DNA of 64,000 nt from Vicinamibacterales bacterium. GTDB taxonomy: Bacteria; Acidobacteriota; Vicinamibacteria; Vicinamibacterales; UBA8438. The notes under the pieces are model-generated. The model was not told the origin of the DNA and ran no database searches. It was given only the letters and a program-made list of their open reading frames with translations. The position numbers and the translations under genes are program-made. The DNA lies in the NCBI GenBank assembly GCA_965214865.1, contig CBDCCN010000004.1, positions 12,512 to 76,511 of the forward strand, in the 5' to 3' direction. Position 1 is the first letter of the stretch, and each line of letters begins with the position of its first letter. Below, in pieces: positions 54,127 through 63,118 of this stretch.

Positions 54127-54339
54127 GGCCCTTCCAGCAGGGCCCATTGTATCGCCTCCGAGCTCGGTCGAGCGGCGTCGTCGGAGCTACACCCCCGTTC
54201 ACACACGAGCCGGTCGAGCTCGCCGACACGGACAGATCCCGCTGGACGCCGCTGCTCCTCGAGGGTTGAACAGCCGGCTCTACGGACCGAGCCGCGGCGT
54301 GCAGGATGAACTGATACTGGTGGTTTCCGAGACACCCGG

Positions 54340-54695
54340 TACTCGTAATGCGTCTTGTCACCGAAATCGCCGTGTCCCGGGAACGCGCGTATCGTCTCGT
54401 GATGGTTCGTCAGGTCGTGAAGACGGTCGAAGCCGCAACCCGGCCCCTGCTGCAGGATCCCCAACACCAGGATCCGCCACAGGTCCATTCCCGGACGTCC
54501 GACCGTGCGGTCGGTCTCCGGCAGAATATGCTCGTCCGGCAGCGCCGACAGCCGCGCGCGCAACGCTTCGTCGCCCCAGACGTGCTGAAGCCCTTTCAAG
54601 ACCGCCGGAATTTCGTCCCGCGACTTGGGGTCGATACGGATTTTCTCGATCGGCGCCTGGCCGAGCTGGAACTGCCGCCTGTGTACTTCTCTCAT
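54340..54695 (-). pseudogene. ISNCY-family-like transposase, N-terminal fragment only (IS remnant)
   Basis: MREVHRRQFQLGQAPIEKIRIDPKSRDEIPAVLKGLQHVWG...GRPGMDLWRILVLGILQQG...FDRLHDLTNHH follows the conserved N-terminal pattern I recall for this family (PIE.I.I..KSRDE.P..L.GLQ...GRPGMDLW.ILVLG). Similarity ends after ~115 aa, and the frame runs into the hydrolase gene. Confidence 0.6.
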
Positions 54696-54797
54696 GATCG
54701 CAATGCCGCGAAGATTCTCCGCAGGGAGCCGAAATCGAGGCTTTCACCCGCACGAATACGACATCCGGACGATCTTCGCCACTTGAAACCGGGATAA

Positions 54798-55004
54798 AGT
54801 CCCGTAAATCAATGTCGAATCACGAAGAAACCATATGAGGTTCCGAGCTTCGCCGGGCGCCTGAACAGCTTCTGCCGGCCCGAGCGCGGACGTGTGCTCG
54901 GGAGGGAAGGCCAAAAGCACCGCTATCGCTACCGGTTCACCGATCCGCTGATGCAGCCTTTCGTAATCATGAAGGGCATCGTCGAGAACGGAAGCGGAAC
55001 ATGA
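54798..55004 (+). pseudogene. Possible C-terminal gene fragment (winged-helix-like tail of an ATPase-type protein)
   Basis: My own translation is ...CRPERGRVLGREGQKHRYRYRFTDPLMQPFVIMKGIVENGSGT*. It has no start codon or N-terminal part, lies in locally low-GC DNA and abuts the IS remnant. Confidence 0.3.
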
Positions 55005-55192
55005 GGTAGAAGGCCATTGGCCCGCCCGCCGGTACGACCCCATGGCATGCCGCGCGTGTCCGCGCAATCTGACGGCGTCGAACCGGCGGATGCGGGTGCT
55101 GCTTTCAACACTACGAGCCGCGGGCGTTGGCGGCCGGCGCATCGCGGTAGTACAGGCATGGACCGCGATGCCGCGTATACTGCCTACCGTCG

Positions 55193-56599
55193 ATGCGACC
55201 GTCCCCCGGCGCACCCCGCTACCGGTTCTCCGGTCACACCCTGTCCCCCGCCCGCAGGACGCTCGTCCGCGACGGCCGGGAGCTGCCGCTGATCCCGCGC
55301 TGCTTCGACCTGCTCGTCCTGCTCGTCGAACGGCGCAACGAGGCGGTGTCGAGGCGTGACATCCTCGACGCGATCTGGAGCGACGTGGTGGTCACCGACG
55401 GTGCTCTGAGCCAGGCGGTCCGGATCCTCCGGCGCACGCTGGGCGACGATCCGCGCGAGCCGACCTTCATCCGTACGGTGACGCGGCACGGCTACCGCTT
55501 CGTCTGCGGCGACGTCGTCGAGGAGCCGGACGAGGGACCGCCGGAACCCGTGCGGACCGCCCCGGCGGAGCCCGACGCGAACGCCTCCTTCGACCAGGCT
55601 CTCAAAACGTTGCTCGACGACGATGCCGGCGATGCCGGCGATGCCGAAGGCGCGGACGTCCGGCGGCGACAGGCCGCCGAGACCCTGCACCAGTTGGGCA
55701 CGGCGGAAGCGCTCGACCGGCTGAACCGCAGACTCGACCGGCTGAACCGCAACGAGGGGCACGCCGTGGCCCGCGCCTACCTGCGCGAGACCCGCTGGAA
55801 CGTTCCGCGTGCGGGGCCGGTTCCGTTGTTCGGACATCCGGGCTGGTTTGCCGCCGCGCGAATTCTGTTCCTGCTTCGCATCCGACGCGCGGCCCGGCTG
55901 GCCGGGCGCCGGTGGACGGCCGCGGCCGCCGGTGGGGCCGCCGCCGGGGCGCTCGCGGGTTTCCTCGGCGGCCTCGTCCTGCGCTTCGGACCGGGGTCGA
56001 CGGCAGGCGACGGCGTGCCGGCGCTGCTGCCGCTTCTGGGAGCGGCGGTCGGCGGCGTCGCGGCCGCGGGGGTCGGAGCCGGTCTGGCCGCCGCGGAAGC
56101 CGCCTTCCGCGCATGGCGGCGGCTGGCCCTCGCCGCGGCCGGGGCGGCGAGCGGTCTGGTTGTCGGCGCGACCGCCCACCTCCTGGGACGCCTCGTGCTC
56201 GAGGGTCTGTTCGGTCGCGATCTCTCGCCGCTGACCGGCGCCGTGGAAGGCCTGGTCCTCGGCGGAGCGGTCGGGCTGGGCTACGGGGTGGCCACGCCGA
56301 CCGCGGAGGGCGGCATGGCCACCCCGCAGGGGCTCGCCCGCGTCCGCGTCGCTCTCCTGACGGGACTCGCCTGCGCGCTGGCGGCCGGGATGCTCGGTTG
56401 GAGCGGCCGCTTCCTGGGGGCGATGAGCCTCGATTTCATGGCGCAGAGCTTTCCCGGCTCGCAGGTCGGCCTCGCGCCCCTGGCCCGCCTGCTCGGCGAG
56501 CAGGAGCCGGGGGGCGTGACCCGGGTCGCGATCAGCGTCTTCGAGGGCCTGATGTTCGGCTCGGGCCTGGCCGCCGGGCTGACCAGACGGGCCCGCTGA
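55193..56599 (+). CDS. Membrane-bound OmpR/PhoB-type winged-helix regulator (CadC/ToxR-like)
   Basis: YRFSGHTLSPARRTLVRDGRELPLIPRCFDLLVLLVERRNEAVSRRDILDAIW...IRTVTRHGYRF is a trans_reg_C domain. It is followed by a Gly/Ala-rich polytopic hydrophobic C-terminal half. Confidence 0.8.
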   Translation: MRPSPGAPRYRFSGHTLSPARRTLVRDGRELPLIPRCFDLLVLLVERRNEAVSRRDILDAIWSDVVVTDGALSQAVRILRRTLGDDPREPTFIRTVTRHGYRFVCGDVVEEPDEGPPEPVRTAPAEPDANASFDQALKTLLDDDAGDAGDAEGADVRRRQAAETLHQLGTAEALDRLNRRLDRLNRNEGHAVARAYLRETRWNVPRAGPVPLFGHPGWFAAARILFLLRIRRAARLAGRRWTAAAAGGAAAGALAGFLGGLVLRFGPGSTAGDGVPALLPLLGAAVGGVAAAGVGAGLAAAEAAFRAWRRLALAAAGAASGLVVGATAHLLGRLVLEGLFGRDLSPLTGAVEGLVLGGAVGLGYGVATPTAEGGMATPQGLARVRVALLTGLACALAAGMLGWSGRFLGAMSLDFMAQSFPGSQVGLAPLARLLGEQEPGGVTRVAISVFEGLMFGSGLAAGLTRRAR

Positions 56600-56756
56600 A
56601 ACCCGGAGCGTCGCCTCGCGGCTCCTCGCGCCGCCGCCCCCGAACCAACCCAGCCGGGAATCTGCGCCGTTCCGGCCGTCAATCGTCTCCTGCGGCTTCG
56701 CTTGCCGCCCAACCGACCCTGACCGGGAGTCTGCTCCGTTCTACGGCGCAGACTCC
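56591..56756 (-). repeat. Dispersed palindromic repeat: two tandem units in reverse orientation
   Basis: Unit 1 (56591-56675) starts on the regulator's stop codon. Unit 2 (56675-56756) ends with GGAGTCTGC-N-GCAGACTCC. Both carry the GCTTGCCGCCCAACC-type core (the reverse complement of GGTTGGGCGG). Confidence 0.8.
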
Positions 56757-57053
56757 AGGACGCAGGCTCCCAAACCCGTTCCAGCCTCTTTCAGCGGAAT
56801 ATCACCGAACCCTCACTTCTCGCTCATGTCTCGCGGCGGCCGTCTGCCGATACTGCCTGCGAGCCAATCCGATCGCGGCCCTGCCGCCGACAAGGAGCGA
56901 AAACGATGCCATTGCGAGCCCGTGAAGGATCCGGCGCGAGGGTCAAGATGATCCTCCCGGCGCTGACCGCTGTTCGAGGGGATGCCCAGACGCCCGGCGG
57001 CGACGTCGACGGTTCGTGTGAGCCGGTGACCGTCCGGGGCCCGGGGCGTTGAG

Positions 57054-57809
57054 ATGGAGCGACCAGCGAACGGCGGCCTGCACGTGGGCCTGATCATGGA
57101 CGGCAACGGCCGCTGGGCCCGCGCGCGCGGGATCCCGCGCACGGAGGGACACCGCCGCGGGGCCGACGCCGTGCGGCGCGCGGTGGAGGCGGCGCCCGGG
57201 CTCGGCATCACGACGCTGACGCTCTACGCCTTCTCCGCCGACAACTGGCGCCGGCCGGCCGCCGAGGTCGCGACGCTGATGCGGTTGCTGGAGTCCTTTC
57301 TCGTCCGCGCGCGCCCGGACTGTCGCCGGCACGGCGTGCGGCTCGCCCTGATCGGCCGGCGAGACCGCCTGTCGCCCGCGCTGATTCGCGCGATCGAGGA
57401 GACGGAGCGCGCGACACGCGACGGCGCCAGGCTCCATCTGCGGTTGGCCGTGGACTACTCGGCCCGCTCGGCGATCCTCGCCGCGGCCGGCACGCTGCGG
57501 TCGGACGAACGCTGCGACGAGAACGGCTTCCTGCGGCGGGTCAACCGCGCGTGCCACTCCGATCCGGAAACACCGTCGGTCGACCTGGTGATCCGCACCA
57601 GCGGCGAGCAGCGCCTGAGCGACTTCCTGCTCTTCGAGTCGGCCTACGCGGAGCTCCTGTTCGTCGAGACGTTGTGGCCGGACTTCGACGGCGAGGATCT
57701 GAGCCGGGCGGTCGAGGCGTTCCGTCGCCGCGAGCGCCGCTACGGGGGCCTGACCCCGGACAAGGCGATCCGAGCGGGTCAGTGCACTGCCGTCCCGTCG
57801 AGCGCGTGA
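57054..57809 (+). CDS. uppS: Isoprenyl transferase (undecaprenyl-diphosphate synthase family)
   Basis: [17 protein letters not shown]...[14 protein letters not shown]...[25 protein letters not shown] are canonical cis-prenyltransferase motifs. Confidence 0.92.
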   Translation: MERPANGGLHVGLIMDGNGRWARARGIPRTEGHRRGADAVRRAVEAAPGLGITTLTLYAFSADNWRRPAAEVATLMRLLESFLVRARPDCRRHGVRLALIGRRDRLSPALIRAIEETERATRDGARLHLRLAVDYSARSAILAAAGTLRSDERCDENGFLRRVNRACHSDPETPSVDLVIRTSGEQRLSDFLLFESAYAELLFVETLWPDFDGEDLSRAVEAFRRRERRYGGLTPDKAIRAGQCTAVPSSA

Positions 57810-58009
57810 ACCCCGGAGCGCGGGTCTGCTACCGCCCGGCCGGGCCAAGGCGAAGCCGGACGCGGCGACCCCCCGTCGGGCCCGCGAAACCGGAGTTTCG
57901 GCGCTACTTGTTCGGCCGCAGCTCATCCCCGTTGCGGTTTCCCGGACGGATTCCTAGAATGGAAGCCTCGATCCGGCCGGAAACCGCGTGCGCACCGAGG
58001 AGGCCGCAG

Positions 58010-59452
58010 ATGTCGACGACGCGAAACCGGCGGCGGACGTTCACTTGGCGGGTGTTGCTCGGCACGACGGTCGCGGCGCTCGTCGCGCTGCCGTCTCCGG
58101 CGGCCGCACAGGCGGCGACGGACGAGGTCACGTTCACCCGCGACATCGCTCCCATCCTGCAGCGGAGCTGCCAGAAGTGCCATCGGCCCGACTCGCTGGC
58201 CCCGATGTCGCTGATCGACTACGAGGAGGTGCGCCCCTGGGCGCGGGCCATCAAGTACCGCACCGGGCTGCGCGACCAGCCGGGCGTGATGCCCCCGTGG
58301 TACATCGAGAAGGACATCGGCATCCAGCGGTTCAAGGACGATCCGTCGCTGAGCGACGCGGAGATCGCCCTGATCGCGAAGTGGGCGGACAACGGCGCGC
58401 CCCGGGGCAACCCCGCCGATCTGCCGCCGCCGGTGCCGTTCATCGACGTCGACGAATGGGAGATCGGTCAGCCCGACCTGATCGTGTCGTCGCCGAGCTT
58501 CGAGATCGCGGCCGACGCGCCGGACTGGTGGGGCTCCATCGGCGAGGTGCCGACCGGACTGACCGAGGACCGCTACGTCGCGGCGATGGAATACAAGGAG
58601 ATCACCGAGTCCAGCGTGGGCGAGATCCGCGACACCGTCGGCGGGCTATTCGTGGTGCACCACGCCACCCTCGGCGTGACCGATCCGGATCCCGATCCGA
58701 ACGAGAACGACCCGCTGGCCGCGCAGCGGCGCTGGCCGACCCACGAGGTCGGGCGCAACGCCGACGCCTTCGACCCGGAGGCGGGCAAGATCATGAAGGC
58801 CGGGTCCAAGCTCCAGTTCAACTCGATGCACCTGCACGCGAACGGGGCGGACACGCGGGCGCACCTGAACGTCGGCTTCAAGTTCCATCCCCGCGGCTAT
58901 CAACCGACCCGCAAGTGGGTGCGCATGTCCTTCGGCAACGGCGTCGACCTCGACATCGAGGCGATGGATCCCGACCAGCGGATGGAGGCCTGGTTCACCC
59001 TGCCGGAGAACACGCTGATCACGATCTTCGAGCCCCACATGCACGCGCCCGGCGTGCGGATGTGCTTCGACGCCATCTGGGGGCACAACGTCCAGACACT
59101 GAACTGCGCCGGCTACGACCATAGCTGGGTGCGGGTCTACAACTACGAGGACGACGCGGCGCCGCTGCTGCCCAGGGGCACCATCCTGCGGATCACCGGC
59201 TACTTCAACAACTCGCCGTCGAACCCCAACGTGCCCGATCCGCGCAACTGGTCCGGAGGCGGCCACCGCTCGGTCGACCAGATGTTCATCAACCTGATGC
59301 GCGGGGTCTACCTGACCGACGAGGAGTTCGCGGCGGAGATGGTCAAGCGGCGCGGGAACCTCGGCCTCGCCGACGGCGAAATGGTCCTCGGCTGCCCGCT
59401 GTGCGGAACCGTGCAGGTGGAGCCGGCCGACAACGCCGGGGGAAACCAGTGA
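58010..59452 (+). CDS. Secreted protein with an N-terminal c-type heme motif and a copper type II monooxygenase-like His pattern
   Basis: GAGGAGG Shine-Dalgarno sequence before ATG 58010. Signal peptide. DIAPILQRSCQKCHRPDS (CxxCH). His clusters are VVHHATL, SMHLHANG and EPHMHAPG. Confidence 0.75.
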   Translation: MSTTRNRRRTFTWRVLLGTTVAALVALPSPAAAQAATDEVTFTRDIAPILQRSCQKCHRPDSLAPMSLIDYEEVRPWARAIKYRTGLRDQPGVMPPWYIEKDIGIQRFKDDPSLSDAEIALIAKWADNGAPRGNPADLPPPVPFIDVDEWEIGQPDLIVSSPSFEIAADAPDWWGSIGEVPTGLTEDRYVAAMEYKEITESSVGEIRDTVGGLFVVHHATLGVTDPDPDPNENDPLAAQRRWPTHEVGRNADAFDPEAGKIMKAGSKLQFNSMHLHANGADTRAHLNVGFKFHPRGYQPTRKWVRMSFGNGVDLDIEAMDPDQRMEAWFTLPENTLITIFEPHMHAPGVRMCFDAIWGHNVQTLNCAGYDHSWVRVYNYEDDAAPLLPRGTILRITGYFNNSPSNPNVPDPRNWSGGGHRSVDQMFINLMRGVYLTDEEFAAEMVKRRGNLGLADGEMVLGCPLCGTVQVEPADNAGGNQ

Positions 59453-60336
59453 GAGCCCTCGCGGTCGTCCTCCTGGCCGGGTTTCTGTTCGGCCCGGCGG
59501 CGGACGACGCCACCGCACAGTTCCGGCGCGCCTACGACCACGGGCAGGAGGTGGTGCCCGCTTACGAGGGATGGGAGCAGAACCCGGACGGCTCGTTCAA
59601 CCTGGTGTTCGGGACGATGAACCGGAACTGGGCGGAGGAGCTGCACATCCCGATCGGCCCCGACAACCACATCGAGCCGGGCGGGCCCGACCAGGGGCAG
59701 CCGACCTGGTTCCTGCCGCGGCGGAACCGTTTCCTGTTCCGCGTCCGGGTCCCGGCGGACTTCGGCGACAGGGAACTGGTCTGGACGCTGAGCAGCCACG
59801 GGGAAACGAAGCGCGCCTACGGGACGCTGAAACCCGACTACTACATGGACGACAACGTCCGGATGGCGAACAACGGGGCCGGCGTCTCCGGAACGATCTT
59901 CGAGAACGTGGCTCCCGTGCTCACGGTGCACGGCGAGTCGACGAGGACGGTCGAGGCGAACGAGCCGATCACCCTGACCGCGGTCGCGCACGACGAGGAC
60001 GGACTGCCCAGACGGCGGGCGATGCGCCCCGTGGATCCGGGCCGCCCCACGAGCCTGACCCCGATCGCCGCCACCGGCCTCCGGCTCTCGTGGTTCCTCT
60101 ACCGGGGGGCTGCGCCGGTGACCTTCGATCCGGTGCAGACCAAGGTCTGGGAGGACACGCGGGCCAACTCGAACTCGCCGTGGGGCGCCGGCTGGGAGAC
60201 TCCCGACCCGCCCCCCGCCAACAAGTGGGTGGTGCAGGCCACCTTCAGCGAGCCCGGCACCTACGTGCTGCGGTGCATCGCGCACGACGGCGGCTTGGCG
60301 ACCTACGAGGACGTCACGTTCGTGGTGGCGGAGTGA
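59449..60336 (+). CDS. Hypothetical secreted protein, translationally coupled to the upstream gene
   Basis: The GTG start overlaps the upstream stop (GTGA). Signal-like RALAVVLLAGFLFGPAADDATAQ. A C-terminal Ig-like segment ends in TYVLRCIAHDGGLATYEDVTFVV. Confidence 0.7.
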   Translation: MRALAVVLLAGFLFGPAADDATAQFRRAYDHGQEVVPAYEGWEQNPDGSFNLVFGTMNRNWAEELHIPIGPDNHIEPGGPDQGQPTWFLPRRNRFLFRVRVPADFGDRELVWTLSSHGETKRAYGTLKPDYYMDDNVRMANNGAGVSGTIFENVAPVLTVHGESTRTVEANEPITLTAVAHDEDGLPRRRAMRPVDPGRPTSLTPIAATGLRLSWFLYRGAAPVTFDPVQTKVWEDTRANSNSPWGAGWETPDPPPANKWVVQATFSEPGTYVLRCIAHDGGLATYEDVTFVVAE

Positions 60337-60358
60337 GGCGGGCGGGAGGAGCCCGAGC

Positions 60359-60433
60359 GAGAAAACACCGAAGCGGCCGGCGGACTTCGTTGCCGGCGTC
60401 CGGAGCGCCGGAAGCCGTGCCGGCCGTTTTCTC
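60359..60433 (+). terminator. Nested stem-loop followed by TTTTCTCC (candidate terminator of the 58010-60336 operon)
   Basis: The outer arms GAGAAAAC..GGCCGGC (60359-60381) pair with GCCGGCCGTTTTCTC (60419-60433). An inner hairpin is CCGGCG-TCCGGAG-CGCCGG. Confidence 0.4.
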
Positions 60434-60700
60434 CAGGAGTGCGGCCACGAAGCACCGCCGGACGCCGCCCGACTTCGGGCCTGCAGGTCGATGACGCGGG
60501 CGCGCGAGCAGGTACTCCACCGGGAACGAGTCGACGGCCGGCGAGGACCCGACCACCGCCGCCACGCGGCTCGTGACGACAGGACCGCCGGACGCGCCGG
60601 ACGCACTACCGAATCGGAAAGTCCGATGCGAACGAAGCGACAGTCGAGTCTCCCACGGTACCGGAGGACCAGGATCCCGCTACGAATCGGAGAGCCCGAG

Positions 60701-61708
60701 ATGCCGATGAAACCGCTCACGCTGGTGCTTGCCGTTGCGGCCGCCGCGACCGCCGGCGCGCAGCAGGCCGCGTTCGACCGTCTGCCGCCCGACGCCCTCG
60801 ACGCCGTGGCACCGCCGGCCCGAGTCACGGGCGAACCCGGCGCCATGAAGATCCGCCGGAGGTCGTGCCGGACGGCGCCGATGAACGAGGTCCGCCAGCG
60901 GATCGTCGACCTGGCGGCGCAGGAGTGGGCGTTCTTCGGATTCATCGTCGTGGACCAGACGATGGTCGAGGCGTCCGTACCGGGCCAGCCGCGCCGGCGC
61001 CGCTGGCGGCGTCCGGACCGGGCCGAGTCGGCCCGGGTGGCCGGCTCGATCGCCGGCTACTGGACGGTCACGCCGCAGGGCGGCTGGATCCTCGACGCCC
61101 AGAACGCCGCCTGGCGCGGGCCGCGCGGTGCGGGCTCGCGCTGGCGATACCCGTGGTCGGCGGCCTTCGTGTCGTGGGTGATGTGCGAGGCAGGCCTCGG
61201 CGAGGCGTCTCTCTTCCGGCGCGCCGTAGCCCATCACGTCTACATCGACCAGGCCATCCGCGCACGCGGCGCCGACGCGCCGGCCGCGGCGTTCGAGGCC
61301 TACGACGTCGGCGAGGCGCCGGTCGCGCCGGGCGATCTGCTGTGCAGCGCGCGGCGGCCGGCCTATCGGTCCATCGCCGAGCGGCGGCGGCAGATGGGCG
61401 TCGGCGCCCGGACCCACTGCGACATCGTCGTGAAGCTGGATCCGCCTCGCCGGCGCATTCTCGCCATCGGCGGCAACGTACGTGGCGCGGTGAGCCTGAA
61501 GCTGCTCCCGGCGGCCGATGGCCCCGACGGCGGTCTCCGCCCGCTACCGACCAGGCGGCGCATCTTCGCCCACCTCAAGCTGCGCGCCGCGTCGATCGCG
61601 GCCGACGCGCTGGACCACACGCCCACGATGCGCGCGGTCCGGTGCACCGACGGCCATCCGTCGGCGTTGGCCGCCGCCCGCCTCGTCAGTCGCGGCGCCC
61701 GCTGCTGA
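60701..61708 (+). CDS. DUF2272 domain-containing secreted protein
   Basis: Signal peptide MPMKPLTLVLAVAAAATAGA. Also PWSAAFVSWVMCEAG, HHVYIDQA, GDLLCSAR, THCDIVV and AIGGNVRGAVS, as in the DUF2272 family. Confidence 0.75.
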   Translation: MPMKPLTLVLAVAAAATAGAQQAAFDRLPPDALDAVAPPARVTGEPGAMKIRRRSCRTAPMNEVRQRIVDLAAQEWAFFGFIVVDQTMVEASVPGQPRRRRWRRPDRAESARVAGSIAGYWTVTPQGGWILDAQNAAWRGPRGAGSRWRYPWSAAFVSWVMCEAGLGEASLFRRAVAHHVYIDQAIRARGADAPAAAFEAYDVGEAPVAPGDLLCSARRPAYRSIAERRRQMGVGARTHCDIVVKLDPPRRRILAIGGNVRGAVSLKLLPAADGPDGGLRPLPTRRRIFAHLKLRAASIAADALDHTPTMRAVRCTDGHPSALAAARLVSRGARC

Positions 61709-61809
61709 ACCAGAGCAACGGCGCTACGGACGTTCGCGCGTAGCGTTCCGGGCGCGGAGTTTCTCCGCCGTCGCCGATCATCCGGAAGTCGTCTTCCGGG
61801 CGCCGGCTC

Positions 61810-63108
61810 TCACGCGAAGCGGATCTCCATCTCGCGCCGCGCCTGCACCGCATCGCCGCCCGGATCGAACCCGACATCCTGCCACCGCACCATCTCACCT
61901 GCCTCGAGGGCCCGTTTCAACGCAACTCCGTGCGCGAGCCCGATCGGCAGCACGCCGCGGTCGAGCGATGCCCGCGCCGGGAGCAGCTTGCCGTACACCG
62001 TGAACCCGCCCTCGCCGTCGAGGGTCTCCCCCGCCGCGAGATCGCGCTTCGCGGTCGCCGCCACGTCGCCGACGAAGTCGCGCGTCGCGCCGGTCGGCTT
62101 CCCGAGCAGGCCGGCGGCGAGAATCGACACGTTCAGCTCCAGCCCGATGAGGTGGAACGGCTTGTACATCGCCGAGTAGCGGCCCGTGGCGTCGGTGTTC
62201 ATGCCGTACTGGCGGAAGCAGGCGGCGGTGTAGTCGTTGGGCGCCTCGATGACGACGTAGACGCCCCACCGCAGGTCGTTCGGCACCGGCCGGCCGTCGC
62301 GCTCGATGGACGACACCACCTCGACCTGCCCCTTGTGGTGAAGCTGCCCCCCGTCCTCGGCGGGCCGCAGCACGTGCGCGAGATCCTCCTTGCCGCAGGG
62401 CGGAAACCGCAGGCCGTCCGGCGGCGGGGTGAGGCCGGTCGCGTTGGCGATGGCGGCCATCTCGATGGCGGACTTCGTCCCGTCGAGGAACGAGTTGAAC
62501 ATCCGGCTGTTCATCCCTGCCGCCGCTGCCTCCGCGGCGGTGAGCCCGTAGTGCTCCCACACCGTGTCGGGCGTCGACGCGTGGTACGACGGGAGATACC
62601 TGGTGCCCTTCCCTGCCGCCGCGACGTCGAAGCCGCACGCACGCGCCCACTCCACCAGCTCGCAGGTGAGCGCCGGTTGATCGCCGTAGGCCATCGTGTA
62701 GACGACGCCCGCCGCGCGCGCCTCGGCGGCGAGCAGCGGCCCGGCCAGCGCGTCGGCCTCGACGTTGACCATCACGATGTGACGGCCCGCCGCGCAGGCG
62801 GCGCGGGCGTGCGCGATGCCGGCCGCGGGGTCTCCCGTCGCCTCGACCACGACGTCGACGCCGTCCTCGCCGATGGCCTCCACCGCGTCGCCCGTGAACC
62901 GTGTCCCCGCGATGCGCTCGACGCTCCAGCCCACGGCCCGGCACGCGGCGCGGGCACGGTCCGGATCCAGATCCGCGATCACGGCCACCTCGACACCGGT
63001 CGCCGACGGCACCTGGCTCAGGAACATCGAGCCGAACTTGCCGGCGCCGACAAGGCCGACCCGCACCGGCCGGCCGACGCGCTCGCGGAGCTGGTCGTAG
63101 AGGTACAT
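61810..63108 (-). CDS. NAD(P)-binding oxidoreductase with a C-terminal SAF-like domain (homoserine dehydrogenase-like, COG4091-type)
   Basis: Rossmann motif VRVGLVGAGKFGSMF. C-terminal segment DVAATAKRDLAAGETLDGEGGFTVYGKL. ATG chosen at 63108 (MYLYDQL). Confidence 0.75.
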   Translation of the reverse strand: MYLYDQLRERVGRPVRVGLVGAGKFGSMFLSQVPSATGVEVAVIADLDPDRARAACRAVGWSVERIAGTRFTGDAVEAIGEDGVDVVVEATGDPAAGIAHARAACAAGRHIVMVNVEADALAGPLLAAEARAAGVVYTMAYGDQPALTCELVEWARACGFDVAAAGKGTRYLPSYHASTPDTVWEHYGLTAAEAAAAGMNSRMFNSFLDGTKSAIEMAAIANATGLTPPPDGLRFPPCGKEDLAHVLRPAEDGGQLHHKGQVEVVSSIERDGRPVPNDLRWGVYVVIEAPNDYTAACFRQYGMNTDATGRYSAMYKPFHLIGLELNVSILAAGLLGKPTGATRDFVGDVAATAKRDLAAGETLDGEGGFTVYGKLLPARASLDRGVLPIGLAHGVALKRALEAGEMVRWQDVGFDPGGDAVQARREMEIRFA

Positions 63109-63118
63109 CGGATTCCGA

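Noticed and set aside
54744-55214. 156-aa minus-strand ORF between the IS remnant and the regulator.
   Set aside because: It has no recognisable domain and spans the compositional transition. The opposite strand gives a more protein-like, though truncated, tail. Treated as non-coding or decayed DNA.
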